64,000 nucleotides of DNA from Dendrobates tinctorius (lineage: Eukaryota): NCBI RefSeq assembly GCF_039654945.1, contig NW_027361788.1, forward strand, positions 21,390,001-21,454,000, given 5' to 3'. The notes beneath the pieces are model-generated. The model saw only the letters and a list, made by a program, of their open reading frames with translations, was not told the DNA's origin and did no database searches. Every line of letters begins with the position of its first letter. Position 1 is the first letter of the stretch. The translations under genes were made by a program, and so were the position numbers. Shown piece by piece: positions 12,801 through 27,800 of the stretch.

Positions 12801-15800
12801 GATCTTATGCAGCTGTCTCTGACATCCCAGCTCCTCGCTTCTGCACAATCTAGTGCAGCTGTCTCTGACATCCCAGCTCCTCGCTTCTGCACAATCTAGT
12901 GCAGCTGTCTCTGACATCCCGGCTCCTCGCTTCTGCACAATCTAGTGCAGCTGTCTCTGACATCCCAGCTCCTCGCTTCTGCACAATCTAGTGCAGCTGT
13001 CTCTGACATCCCAGCTCCTCGCTCCTGCACGATCTAGTGCAGCTGTCTCTGACATCCCAGCTCCTCGCTCCTGCACAATCTAGTGCAGCTGTCTCTGACA
13101 TCCCAGCTCCTCGCTTCTGCACAATCTAGTGCAGCTGTCTCTGACATCCCGGCTCCTCGATCCTGCACGATCTTATGCAGCTGTCTCTGACATCCCGGCT
13201 CCTCGCTTCTGTACGATCTTGTGCAGCTGTCTCTGACATCCCTGCTCCTCGATCCTGTACGATCTTGTGCAGCTATCTCTGACATCCCAGCACCCCAGTG
13301 CTGCACTATCTTGTGCAGCTGTCTTTGACATCCCGGCTCCTTGCTCCTGCAAGATCTTGTGCAGCTGTCTCTGACATCCCAGCTCCTCGCTCCTGCATGA
13401 TCTAGTGCAGCTGTCTCTGACATCCCGGCTCCTCGCTCCTGCACGATCTAGTGCAGCTGTCTTTGACATCCCGGCTCCTCGCTCCTGCAAGATCTTGTGC
13501 AGCTGTCTTTGACATCCCGGCTCCTCGATCCTGCACGATCTAGTGCAGCTGTCTCTGACATCCCGGCTCCTCGCTCCTGCACGATCTAGTGCAGCTGTCT
13601 CTGACATCCCGGCTCCTCGCTCCTGCACGATCTAGTGCAGCTGTCTCTGACATCCCGGCTCCTCGCTCCTGCAAGATCTTGTGCAGCTGTCTTTGACATC
13701 CCGGCTCCTCGATCCTGCACGATCTAGTGCAGCTGTCTCTGACATCCCGGCTCCTCGCTCCTGCACGATCTAGTGCAGCTGTCTCTGACATCCCGGCTCC
13801 TCGCTCCTGCAAGATCTTGTGCAGCTGTCTTTGACATCCCGGCTCCTTGCTCCTGCAAGATCTTGTGCAGCTGCTGACTTTCCAAGACTTGCAAATTGAT
13901 ATGCAAGCCATCCAGACATTTTAAGGCTATGTGCCCACAGTAGCATTTTTAAACCCTCAGGAAACGGGTCTTCCCAGAAAACGCGCGTTTTTTGCTGCGA
14001 TTTTTGCGCAGAAAATGCGTGTTTTTTTTTCCGTGCGTCTTTTGGACTATAGGAAATAGCCCAAAACTCGGACCTAAGCGGAAATTAATGAACATGCTGC
14101 GTTTTTTACCGCTAAGCGTTTCCTTAGCGGTAAAAAACGCATCCATTGGCACAAAAAGGCCAAAATGCATTAAAATGAATGGGATGCTTCTTTTAAGCGT
14201 TTTTGATGCGGTTTGACCCCGAAAAACGTATCAAAAACGCTTAAAAAGACGCAACATGGGCACACAGCCTAAGACTTTGGGCTGTCTGCAAGTAAAGTGG
14301 TTGCCCACTTCATAAGGGATACTTCCCAAACATTTGTAAGATTTTCCTGCCCCTATATTTTATCTGCAGAAATAAGCAGGTAAAATCCAATGTTCTGACA
14401 CACATTTCTAAAAAGAAAAAAAAAAATGCGGCATAAAAGACATGAAGCCGTTTCCTGCTCTACTTTTCACAATGCGCCATGTAGCTCACATGCAGAAAAA
14501 TAATAAAATAATTATTAATATTAATAATAAAAAAACCACTAGTGACCAGTTTCTGAAACTGGGAAGCAATGAGAATACAGTGCTGTATGGCTGCCACTGG
14601 AAGACTGACCCATTAGTGATGGTAACCGGAACAGAGATTTTCTTACTTACCGGTCGCGGCTTGTGTGTGTGTTTTTCTTAGTTTAGGAAATGTGATAAAA
14701 GCATCATAAGCAAACAGGATCCCTGCCAGAAGCCCAAAGACCTGCAAATAAAAGAGAACAGACATTTTTGGGACCGAGTCATGAAGCATTGGGGCAGATT
14801 CTTAAAAGTGTCTTAAAAAAACCCCAAACTTGTTGTTGCCCATATCAACCAATCACAGCGCAGCTTACTTTTTTCCTGAGCAGAATACAAAACAAGTGCT
14901 GCTCTGTCATTGGTTGCTATGGGCAACAAAGATTTTCTTTTTCCTTTTCGACCGTTAATACCTCCTCCATTGAGTCTTACAAATTTTAGAGAAAAGTATT
15001 CATGTTACCCATAAAGCTGGATTTTTCTCCAAGGCCGGCCTGACTCCTCATAGATTCAAGGAGAGGCTAAAAGTCTCCTGACCTGAACGCGACAACCCCA
15101 TTTATGCCTATGAGGCTGTCGAGTTCTGCTCAGAAGACTCAGGAGCGGTCCAGGAATCACAGGCCGTACTGTGACGGTGTCACCTGGATGTGTGAGTGTG
15201 GCCTTAATGTGAGATCTAGGGTCAGGATTTCCCATTTGAGAAAGTAAAGTCATGTGAACGCAGCCCAAAAATCTCTATGGTCTGGTATCTCATGCATATG
15301 ACTAGGATTTCCGTATTTATGGAAAATCAAAAGAAGTAATAATGCTTAAAATCTCACAGTTTGTTACTCACCGATCCGGCAATGCCAGGGCCATCACCCC
15401 CGCGGATCAGACATACTAAGGAGAGGATTATGAAAAGGCCACCACCAATGGCAGCACGAAGGAAGTCCTAGAAAAAGGAATATATATCAGTAAAACATGC
15501 CAAGAATATATTGTCTGATCCCCATAGACAAGGCTTGAGAAACAGTGAGTCCGCATCTTTCCTAGCAGATGATGGCTGTGTTATTCAACCATCATGTGCC
15601 TCCAACAGCCGCGGGTGAAGCGGAGCGCCGGCCATAGCTATTGGGATGATAAATGCCGCTGTAAATCTCTAACATACGCCGGCTGCAGGAGCGTCATTCC
15701 ACACTCCCATCGGCACGTCCATGATGTGATCGCATGGTGCCGATGGGTTGCCGTGACAGCCAGGTGTCTGCTGAACACCCCTGTGCCTGTGATGACGGTA

Positions 15801-18800
15801 CTCCTGTGAAAACTAGTCCATGGCGGGGGTTCATATTAGCAGAGCTGATGCGCCATTATCCATAGCACAAGTGACCGCAAGATCGCAACTCCAAGTCCCC
15901 TAAGGGGACTAACACATATGATGAAAAGTTTAAAAAAAAGATAAAAAAAAATATTTTTTTTAAATTAAAAAAATCTACTAAAGTTCAAATCACCCCCCTT
16001 TTCCTGTATTCAAAATTAATAAATAAAAGAATGCAAGAAAAATAAACATATTTGGTATCGCTGCGTTCATAAAAGTCAGATCTATCAAACTATAAAATAA
16101 ATTAATCTGATCAGAAAACAGCGTAACGAGAAAAAAAAATCAACCGCAGAACTGCGCTTCTTCAGGTGCCGCAACAACAAAAGAAGATTTATTACAGGTG
16201 GTCAATAAAAACACTGACTCAGGGTGTAAAGAACAAGCCCTCACACATGTCTATATCCCGAAAACTTGAACCATTACGGCTCTTGGAAAATGGCGCCACA
16301 AGAAAAATATATACGGTATTTTTTTTTTTTTTTTTCTACAAAGTTCTGAATTTTTATCACCACTTAAATAAAATAAAAACCTACTCATGTTTGGTATCTG
16401 TGTAATCGTAATAACCTGGAGAATAATAACGGCAGGTTAGTTACACCATATAACAAACATTGTAAATAAAAAAACCAAAAAACCACTGTGGAATTGTGGT
16501 TGTGTTTCTTGCTACTTCACCGCACTTAGACTTATGGCTATTTGAATAAGGGGAGCAAAGAAACGAAAAAAAAAAAAAAATGAAAAATTGACATTCATGA
16601 AGGGTTTAAGTACATGTAACGCAAAAACCTGATTTAAAAAAAATGCCATTTTCTGACGATAGCTTTAAAATGTGGATACAATTTAAATTTTGTAAATACA
16701 AAAAAAAATTATTTCGTAGGGGTGCTCTGAAGTAATTTTTTTTTTCCTTTATTAACATTACTATTACTACCCCTTAAGACCAAAAATATTGGGAAACACT
16801 GGTGACAGCCATGTGTTTCGACTTGCAGTGTAATCAACGTGACACTAGGGGGCGCAACAATCCTATATCTGGAGTATCCTGCTGTAAGGATGAAATCTCA
16901 TCGCTAGAAATGGAGAATGATGCAAAATCGTGGGAAACCCAACGGGATCCAGACTGATCCCACTGTATATGGCCGCTAGACGGATCAGCCACACTGCTAT
17001 GACATGTGCTGGGAACGGAAGCCATAGTGCAGATGTGATCAGAGCCTTAATCATATACGCGGGAAACAAATCAGACGAAATCATAAATGATTATTCTGTC
17101 CACATTTTGTTATCAGCCATACGGTTCCTGAAGTCTCTCGTCTGCACAGTGGAATTGCAGGTCACAAGCCCCCTGTTACGGTGATCGGTGAGACCCCCAC
17201 TGACCCAGATATCCAGTGGATAACCGGCTTAAAGCCGAATACACTCTTTAAACGATAAGTCATTTTCTGATGACACATTCCCTTTAAAGCAGGGATGGGG
17301 AACCTCAGGCCCCAGGGCCATTTACGGCCCTCGATGACCTTTTATCAGGCCCCCGGGCAGATTCTCAGGGACAGCATTCTTAGGCAGGGAGCTGTATTTT
17401 GATTGCCACAAGCTCATTAATTTCTTCTTGCTCTGTGAGCACACACACGCTGTGCTCACTACTGAACACTGAAGGGCATGCAATGAAAGATTAAGTCATG
17501 ACACCAGTGCCAGAGTCAGGATGTACTTTGTGGGCCAAATGGCCCTTGGCTGAAAAAAGATTCCCCACCCCTGCTTTAAAGGGTCACTGCTCTGAACTTC
17601 TTACAAGTTATCAGAGCCGCCATTGATGCTGCAGATCAGTTTACCTGATTATTCTTATCGCAAGCTCAGGACATCAGAGAGAAAAGCCTGAACATGTGAT
17701 TCCTACAGAGGGAACATTTATACCGGCCACGTGTCATTTTCATGGCCCACGCCGTGGCCGCCCCCTCCACCCCTGCTATAGGTACATGTGGCAGACTTCC
17801 TGTCGCCGGAGTATTTGGGGTACTGATCGTGGCCGACGACTCTTTTTTACGCCCGTGACATGATATTTCTGCAGAATTGGTCGGTACTTACGGTCCAGCC
17901 CCAATGGATGAATGAAATCTGTTGGTCATAGTGGGCTGCGAAGAGGAAGAAGAAGAGGACGGAGAATATGAGCTCAGTAATTGCCACGCCGAGGTATCCA
18001 GGAGTGTTTGAGGCCGCGTAACAAATCAGGACCACGAGACAGATGGCCTGCGGAGACAAAAGACGCAGAATTAGCGCAAGTCAGCATTGCCACGGCCGGT
18101 ACTGGGGCGAAACCTAAAGCAAAAGTGCAGCACACTATACGGCCATAATAGCATAAACTATATGATATATAGAGCCGCCATAACCATGCACAGCTGAAAT
18201 GACACACTGCGCCATAACGACTACAATATAGTAAGAGTATAAAATAAAAATACGGCCAAAAAACCCCCAGAAAGGAAATCTGCCATCGATATCCGTTCTA
18301 GGACAACCTCATATATCACTGTTTTTTGAGCACTGTATGGCTGAACTATGTAGGCGCAGTTGTTTGGTATTATATATTATTGCTATGGCTTGAATAGGAG
18401 CTAAGTTGCCGTACACTTCTATACATATTACAGGTGGGTTATCTAAACTCGCCAATGGCAGAAACTAATCCGCAGTCACTTAAAGGGATAGTACGTTAGG
18501 AAACACAAAATATGAATTAATACAGGGCAGCCCTCTGTTCATGATTCTCATCTTGTGACCGTGGAGAGCAGCTTCGGTGTCTCTCGCTCTGTAGGAACCA
18601 TCCTGACCTGTATTACATAGACCGATGGGAATGTACACAGTATAAATAAAAAGCTTAATTTCTCCTCTACTTGTGCTGCTGAAAGTATAAGGGTGTGTGC
18701 ACACGCTGCGGATTCTGCCGCTGCGGATCTGCAGCAGTTTCTGCTGCGGTGTACAGTACCATAATATCCTATGGATATCAAAAACCGCAGTGCAGACGGT

Positions 18801-21800
18801 GCAAATTTTTCCACGCGGATTTGCTGCGGTTTCTAAACCGCAGAAAGAATTGACATGTCAATTCTTTCTGCGGATTCCGCTGCAGTTTACCATCTCCTCC
18901 ATTGTAGAGGTGATAAACCGCAGGGCAAAACCGCAGGTCTTTTGACCTACAGATTTACCTGCGGATTTTACAGAGCATTCCGCAGCGTGTGCACGTACCC
19001 TAACACTACTGATTGCAGACGATCACTAGGGTTCCAGCATGGAGACACTTCTTTAAAGGGGACCTTTCACTAATTTTTTTTATTTCAGCTGAGTATCTCC
19101 TCCACTTGCCACTTCTCTGCTGATTTTACAACAGTTTTTCTTTTTCTTCTGTGCCCCTCTGTTCCAAAGCTATGCCCCTTGGTAATAAACATACAAATTT
19201 TTGCCTTCAACAACAGGACACGCCTACTTAGTTGAAAAAGAAATTGACATCTTAATTTTTGGAGGCATAACTTTGGAACGAAGGGGCACAGAAGAAAAAG
19301 AAAAACTGTTCCAGAATCAGTGGAGCCGTTGGAGGAGGTGCTCAGTTTAAAATAGAAAAATACAGGGAAAGTGGAGAATCCCTTTAAATGTAGCCAATCT
19401 CTACAGTTGGTGGCCAGCACTAGAGAACGATGTGACCAATTCATGGTTATGTCTAAGTTTGATAGTCTTGAGGTCGGGGAGGCAATGGGCAGGCAACATG
19501 ATCCGCCATTTATTGCCTTCCTTGTTGGTAGCCTGAGGACCGGCAGGCGGCAGCTGTCTGTAAATTCCATGTGATGGAAGGAACTTGAGAGGCACCCATT
19601 GACTTCTGATCTATTTGAAGGCTGGAGGAGACTCTTGTATATTGCACAGTATGTGGCCGTGTCGTCATGCTGATCCATGAGCAGATTTCACTCATTGTTC
19701 TGTATGAAGCCAAATCCTCGGCCGACCGCTCCGTCCTCTGGCCTTTAAGATCAAGATTCATTCTTCTGGTGTTCATGACGGCCTCCACGTAGGATGTAGA
19801 ATTATTCTCATTCTTGGAGGAATTTTAGCTGCCTCCTACATAAAGTCTTTAGCGCCTTCTGTGCAGTTAATTAGTTTTCACACTATATGGTTTTCCGCCA
19901 GGAAAATCCTGCAAATTCTCTCAATGTGAGGCCCATAAAAACCTGCATGGTCTACATAATAAGATGCTTCTTCCTCTTCTTCCAAGAGCTATAACTTTTT
20001 TATTTTTCCGTCCCCATAGCCGTATAAGGGCTCTTTTTTTGTTTGTTTTTTTCAGGACGAGTTGTACTTTTGAATGACGCCATTAATTTTATCATGTGAT
20101 GCTCTGGAAAGCGGGAAAATAATTGCAAATGCAGTGAAATCGCAAAAAAAATTGCAATTCCACAATTGTTTTTTGGGTTTTTATTTACGTTTTTCACTGT
20201 ACGGTAAAACTGACCTGGTAATATGATTCTCCAGGTCAGTACGAGTACACAGATACCAAACTTTCAGTTTTTTTAATTTTATTTAAGCGATAAAAGAAAA
20301 ATTTGAAATTCATAAAAAAAAATAAATAAATAAAAACTTGCTTGTGTCGCCATTTTTCGAGACCAGTAACGTTTTCATTTTTGGGATCTGGGGCTGCGTT
20401 AGGGCTTATTTTTTGAGCCCTTAGCTGATGATTTTATTGATACCATTACGGGCTAGATATGAGAGAGGTAAGATGTTTGAATCGCCTCTTTTTGCCTTTT
20501 ATTGCAATGTTGCTGTCACCCAAAAATAATGTAATTCTGCTGTTTCGATTTTTTTTCTGTTTACGTTATTTATTGATAATTTATTTGATATTTTTATAGA
20601 TTGGAGTTTTCCGAATGCAGCAATACCAAATATGTGTATTTTTTTATATTTACTGTTTTATGTTAAAAGGGGTGTTGTTTTAGGTTTTTAAAAATGAAAA
20701 AAATTATTATTTCTCACTATATTTGCTAGTCCCCTTTGGGGACTTGAAGATGCGGTTGTGTGATCGCATATGATGTACACAGCAGTGCATGAAACGTATA
20801 GAGAAAATTACCATCTCCTATTAACGCCAGCCACCAGCTGGCGTTAATAGGAGTATCTCAATGACAGGTACAGGGGTCTTCAGCAGACCCCCAGCTATTT
20901 TGGCAACCCATCAGCGCCCCACGATCACGTCACGGTAACACCAATCGGTCAGAGACACGATAAATTACGTAAATGTACGACATCTGCTGGATCCTTATCA
21001 CTGCTCTACCGCACCTGGAATGGTGTACGTGTCGGGGACTCTCTCTGCTGCTCCACACTGCAGCTCAGGGCAGTTTCACACGTCAGTATCTCCGGAACGT
21101 GTAGTGACAGTTTTCTCACGTACCTGAGACACTGACACAACACATTCGAATGAATGTGTCTATGCAGATAATAATAATAATCTTTATTTTTATATAGCGC
21201 TAACATATTCCGCAGTGCTTTACAGTTTGCACACATTATCATCACTGTCCCCAATGGGGCTCACAATCTAAATTCCCTATTAGTATATCTTTAGAATGTG
21301 GGAGGAAACCGGAGAACCCGGAGGAAACCCACGCAAACACGGGGAGAACATACAAACTCCTTGCACATGTTGTCCTTGGTGGGATTCGAGCCCAGGCTAA
21401 CCACTGAGCCACCGTGCTGCCCGTGTGCAAAACACGCTGACATGTCCGTTTTTGTGCAACAGCATGGATCACACAGACCCATACAAGTCAATGGGTCCGT
21501 GTAAACACGTACCGCACACGGATGCTGTCTGTGTGCTGTCCGTGTGAGATCCATGTGCGTTTTTAAAAGTCAAAGGGTTAACATTGAAAATAATTTTTCA
21601 AAAACACAGACACGGACACACGGACAGCATACGGACAGCACACGGATGGTACACACGGACATACGGATAGCACACGGATGGCATACGTATGCACACGGAC
21701 ACGGATAGCTCCGGTACAGGTTTTTCCGGTACTGGAATTATCTGGACGTGTGAAACTGCCCTCATGCTGTGTACTGAACGGAACACTGTTCCAATCAGCC

Positions 21801-24800
21801 AACATTTTATCACCCCTGTGCCTGCAGCTGCAGAAAATGCTAGCACATGGGCCCGCCGAAGAATCCTCCGGTCCTCCGGTGGGCCAGTCCAACCCTGGTC
21901 ATATGTCTTGAAGGAGTTAAAGCGAACCCCGAATATTATATGTGACTATACATTTCCAATGAAGAGTCACTATAAAAATTAGACCATTTATACAGAGATC
22001 TGATGTGCCAGTCATCAGAAATCTAGTCAAAGATACATGCAAATCAGTCTGACAGTGCACTGGGGGCGTCACTAAACGAGGAAGGAGCAGCAGCAAATAT
22101 GTTAATAAAGAATTTTTGGATGCAGTCAGAAACAACAAGTTTTCTACTGCAGACCACTTCAGGAAACTTTATTTTTGGGAGCTTTTGGAAAAGTTTATCG
22201 TTTCCTTAAGCAGTTTTGAAAAGTTCTTTCAATATTTTGGAAGAGCTTTTTTTTTTCCTTGGAGTTTTTGTTTGAGAACTTTACATTAGGAGATGCGTCA
22301 CAGAAGTGACCTCGAAACCTGGAGCAGAAGATACAACTTTCAAAAGACTGAACATATGAGCAGAAAAAAAGGCTTTATAACAGAAATGAAGAGGAAGGGT
22401 CTTTAAAGCTTTTTTTATTTTTTTTTGTTTAGTGAGGACGAGCTCGAAAAGACTCCTTGAAAAACTCTGTGCGCACATAGCATTGGGGTATGTTCACACA
22501 GAGTCTTGTTGCAGAGTTGTAGAGTTTTTGTAATGGAAAGTGAGTAAACTCTCCTAATCCTCCTCAAAAATTTGGAGTTTCCGCTCTGGAAACTTAGCAG
22601 AAAGACCCATAATCTAAGGGCTTGTTAAAAAAAAACAGCCTTACAGTTCCAGCTTACTTTTTCCTTGCAGATTTTGGGTGCATGTTTTTGCAGCACTTTT
22701 TATGTAAAACATGAGCAGTCTTGATGCTATTTTACTTGGATTTTTTTCCCCCTAATATTAGAATGGGTGAAAAACACTGCAAAAACACTGAAAGAATCGG
22801 CGTGCTGTGGATTTTAAAAAAACGCACAGCTTGTCAAAAGAAAAACGTGAAGGAAAAACAAACAGCATGTGCATGAGATTTTTAAAATCTCGTTCATTTT
22901 ATTAGTATGGTAAAATGCAGCCAAAAAACTGCTGCAAAAATGCCACGTGTGAACATAATCTTGGGGTAAAGAAAAAAATCCTACCAACATTCATCATTTT
23001 TGTTTAGGGATGGGATTACATTTTCTCAAATTGTTGAATTCAATACTAAAACAAGGAAAACAGTGCGGACAATGGAAAATAATTCATGATTCCTAAGTAA
23101 CCCATAAAAAGACTTGAACAAACCATCGTGACTAGTAAAAAGTGAAACAATTCAGAAAGACGTAAAAGTTTATACTAACAACCGAGTCTATGAATGTAGA
23201 CAGAGGAAATATATGTATATGTAAGAAAACTATAAAAAAAAATACTTGGCAGCTCCTGCTGCAGATGAGTACTGAACAATCTGTAATAGATTTTCAGTGC
23301 GGATATGCTGTCATTGTTCTCAGCAGCACATTTATGAGCTGCCGAGAACAATGATCTTTTGTGCAAATTAAGAGATTATCTCACCCGACCAACGAGCGTT
23401 TCGCTTGTTCGTCAGATGATCGGCAACCTGTTTACACTGCACGGTTATCGTGAAACAAGCATTTGTAGGAACGATGATCGTTCAGTTTCAAAGCGCAGGC
23501 GCGGGGAGGCTCATACAGAATGTCACTGGGGCAGCGACACATTGATGAATGAGATACGCCCGTTCGGACGAGCTAATAATTGTTTCCAGGAACGCTCGTT
23601 CCCAGCCATCTATTACTGACGTGTAATCAGGTAGCCGATCACCCAACGTACGTTGGTCGGGGGTAATGAGTTTTATGCTGGCATGAAAATCATGGTTACC
23701 TGCAAGAAATTGCCCCGTGCAATCAGAGAACGTGCTGGTGCTACACATGTTATTCCACCGCATACAACCGTTTTACTTGCAGACTGTAAACAGGGCGGTA
23801 AATGGGGGCTGATTGGTTTGTATGAACTGGATTGGCTCGTCTAAAGGCGCCATTAGCACTATGTAACGTCTGCCGCGGGTGGGTAGAGCGCTGCCTGTGC
23901 TGCCGCCGGACCGTGTTATCCAACTCCCAGGCCTCGTTCAGACAAGACAGAACGCAAAAATGACATGTGAATGAGACCTTAAGAAGCATTTACTGTGGCC
24001 GATTCTCAAGAATGAGCGATCCGAGGAATTTTCATTTCCTGATCATCGGGAAGTGTAAACAGGCTGCCGATCCCCCGAACACATTTTTGTGTTCGTTTTT
24101 TTTTGCAGTATTTTCACTTGCGTTTTTCCCCCATTCATTTGAATGGATGAAAATTGCTGCAAAAATGCAGAACTTGGAATAGATGCTAAGTACAGATCAG
24201 ATAATTTTGCCCAGTTAGAGGAAATGAACAGGAGCCGGCAGAAGAATCTTTGAATGGAAATTGTTTGCAAAATTTTGTGCAAACTGAAATAATGTTTAAT
24301 TCTTAGATAAAAAATATGTAGGTGCTGCCATAAGGACCCCAGGCGTAATCACTGGAAAGTTCTGGCGTTCTCCGTTTCTAGGTAAAACATGTGCTGGGCG
24401 GCTCAGGAAACATTTACCCTCCATGTGTATTACTCATTCCTTCCCCAAAAGGAGCAGTGAGTACAACTTACAGCAATCACTACACAGTAAGCGGCTGTGG
24501 TCACTGCAGATTGTAACAGATTAGTCATCGAGAGACTCAGGAAGCTTGTGATCTATCCGAATGGACACTTGTGCTGAGAGTTTGGAGCGGAAACTCCAAA
24601 TTTTTGCGAAGTTTTGCATTTTTGAAGAAGGCTTTGGAGAGTTTCTGCCCAAGTAGACTGTGGTTGTTTAGCTGTTTTTTTTTTTTTTTCAAGCAGAAAC
24701 TCACCAGGGGTAAGTGCAAAAGAAGCTTCAGGAAAACACCGGCCGATGTTTTCTGGCGTCATGGCCGTCGCTCTTCGCCGCTGGCGGTTTTTTTTACTTG

Positions 24801-27800
24801 TATACTTAAAATACATTTTTACAAGCCATTTGAAGAATGGTCAGGTCACTTATATTAGCCGCATCACGTCTTTACAAGCGTTAAGTGGTTAAAAGGGTTA
24901 TCCAGGTTTGTGATCAGGTCTATGTGACCGCAGACTTGTGATTCCTCGCACCGCGGGCAGCGCGTGCTGTTAGGATTCTCCAGTGCCAGCAGCAAGAGCG
25001 GGCGTTTACATGACCGGAAGTATACGATTTGCATAGTTCTGGCCACATTACGACTAGACATGCTCAGCCTTGTACATTTTAGTCGGCAGGTGACCACATA
25101 TATGCAAATTACATACATGACCTGCTCTCAACGCCGACACTGGAGAGTCTTGACAGCGTACACTGCCCGCGCTGTGAGGAGTCACAAGTCTGCAGTCACA
25201 CTGACAAGATCCCAAACATGGACAACCCTTTTAAAAGAAGCTGCAAAGACTTAGCATTAAGGCTGTGTGCCCACGATGCATTTTGTTAAGCGTTTCCGCA
25301 GCGTTTGAGCCGGATCAGACGCTGCAGAAACGCTTAAAAGATGCATCAAATTAATTAGCATGCGTTTTTGGCTTTTTGTGCCAATGCATGCGTTTTTAAC
25401 CGCTTAGGAATTGCTTAGCGGCTAAAAACGCAGCATGCTCATTAATTCCCGCATTGCTGAGCATTTTTAGCCATCCCCAATGATCCCAGAAATCGCGTGT
25501 CAAAAAACGAGTCAAAAATCGCGGAAAAAGACGTGTGTTTTCTGGGAAGGGGATCCTTTTCCTGAGCGTTTAAAAACGCTAGCGTGTGCACATAGCCTTA
25601 CAGGTGAATTAGGATGCATACCCACCTGAAAAAGCCGTTGTGTGCACATACCCCAACTCTCCAATTACAACTTGTGGTTAAATTAGATAGAACTTAAAGG
25701 TGTTTTTTAAGGTTTTACAAATAACTATATAGTTTTTCATGCTGTTTTCTTTGTGTGGAGACTAAATTGTCTTGACAGGTACAAATGACAAACACTGCGA
25801 ATTTCATGCCCCCTATCTATGATAATCCTGGGCGACTATGGCCAAAGATCACTGCAATGTAGTGCAGGTGAATGGAGTCATCCTGTGACTACGACAAGCA
25901 AGTTGCAAAAAAATCCGACTGGGTCTGACATTTGCGACGTGCTCAAACGCAGTTGCGCTACCCCTGAGGTTGCAAGGTGAAACCATTCATCTGCATTATT
26001 ATGGATGATGCTATCCATGCCATGTTTCATCTCCTGGAAGGTACAGACCTGTTCGGTCCTGCAAGGTACAGCTTGCTGTGGGTTCTGTGGAGTAAATTCC
26101 TCCACTAACCTCTGAACAAGGTTTAGAAATGTTCTTTTGTTATTCCTTTTATTATATGTAATTGTTTATATTGTATTTTTTATAAACGAATGGCCCACTT
26201 TAATCCTGATCTGGACATCACAGCAGTATTCATGTAGGGGCACATCCAGGAGAGACCCCGATATGGACTTTTGCTGTGAGGCTGGAAATTGCTAACAAAT
26301 GTCCCAGTTTCTGAAATACTTTCCATTCCCCATCTCACCGGAGCTGCGCGGACAACCCTGTACTTTCCTGATAGCCACTGACAGAATTACGCATGATTCC
26401 CTTTATACTGGGACACCATCTGTGCAGTGGCGTAACTTGAAGCTTGCGGACCCCAATGCAAAATCTCCGACGGGGACCTCAACTATCAAATGTCTTCTCA
26501 TCTGGGCCAAAGGGACCTTTTGGGACCTTTGAGGCTCCAGGGTTTGGGAGCGATTGCAACCACTGCACCTACTATACGCCCCCACTTATGTCTAATAATG
26601 AAGACCTGAAGTGCAGCTAGGCTTTCCTTCACTTGAAGCAAAGACTTAAGCTCAGCCCCAAGGCCGGCATCAGACCGGGAAAGTGCTGGTGCCCATGGGG
26701 CAGCCACTCTGCTCAGGTTTTAATTTTACAACAAGCTGTGCATGTAGAGTGGATGTGCGCGCTGTATATATGGAGCAGGCTGAGGAGCTGAGCCCGCTCC
26801 ATACCGCACAGGCACTGGCTGATAACTCGCTGGCACCCGAGTCTTATACTGCTATGATCGGAGCATAATGACTTCTTACATGCCATTTTGAAAGATTTAA
26901 AATGGGGAGAAAAAGTACTTCCGACCTGAATCGACGCCTGATGAAGGTGTCTGCCATGTTTGCACACCTGTGAAGCCCAGCCACATGGGCTTCATAGGAG
27001 GTCGCTAATGCTACAATACACTGCAATATCACAGTATGGGGAAACCAAAAACAAAACTCCTAAAATAAAAAAGTAAAAAATAAATTGCAAAAATTGCATG
27101 AAGGTAGTAATAATAATAAGGGTATTTAGTAAACATAATTTTTATCAAAAGAATGTACAAGCAGTCACGTCAAGGCAACCCTTGTGGGACAGTCCTAACT
27201 CTTGTATTTAAAGCACTTGTCAAGTGACGTAAATGTGAACAAGGACAGAGGGACTGAACCACCAGTAAAAGCTTAGGCCAGACAGGATGGTTTTCCAAAC
27301 TCAGAAACAGGGCGGTCACACCCATATATGCACAGAATGCACAATGAAATGAATAAAAAACTGGGTCTGAGCTGAAAAAGTAAATTAATGTGTATGCACA
27401 ATGTAAGTGCATGGAACACATGGAAAGGTCATGTTTATATGCATTTACATTTTGCATACGCATTAATTTACTTTTTCAGCTCAGACCCAGTTTCTCAATA
27501 TGACATATGGCCAGTGTCAGACTGAAGTACATTGAGCCCACTGGAGAATTTGATTCTGAGGGTCCACCTTTCTCCCCCACTGAAGAGCCCATTAGCAACT
27601 GCAAGGTTTGCACTATGAACTCTCCTGAAGGAGAAGTCAGGGCCCACCGGATGATTCTACGGTTCTCTGGTGAGCCAGTCCAACCCGGAGTATGGCGCTG
27701 TATTTTACAAATGATCCCATCCCATGATCCCTGGTTCCAGTCCCTTAGGACGACCAACAAAAGTGTAAAAAAAATATAAGCTATTAAAAAACTGAAAAAC

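Noticed and set aside
12800-13911. CRISPR-like or coding repeat array
   Set aside because: Head-to-tail units with no unique spacers, no cas genes, vertebrate intron; the same holds for the arrays at 1-300, 5518-6010 and 56066-56772
19400-19960. Possible LINE RT remnant (SEVNGCLSSSF)
   Set aside because: Only a weak motif resemblance; cannot be supported without a search
21370-21422. tRNA gene
   Set aside because: A and B boxes belong to a SINE head; no cloverleaf can form
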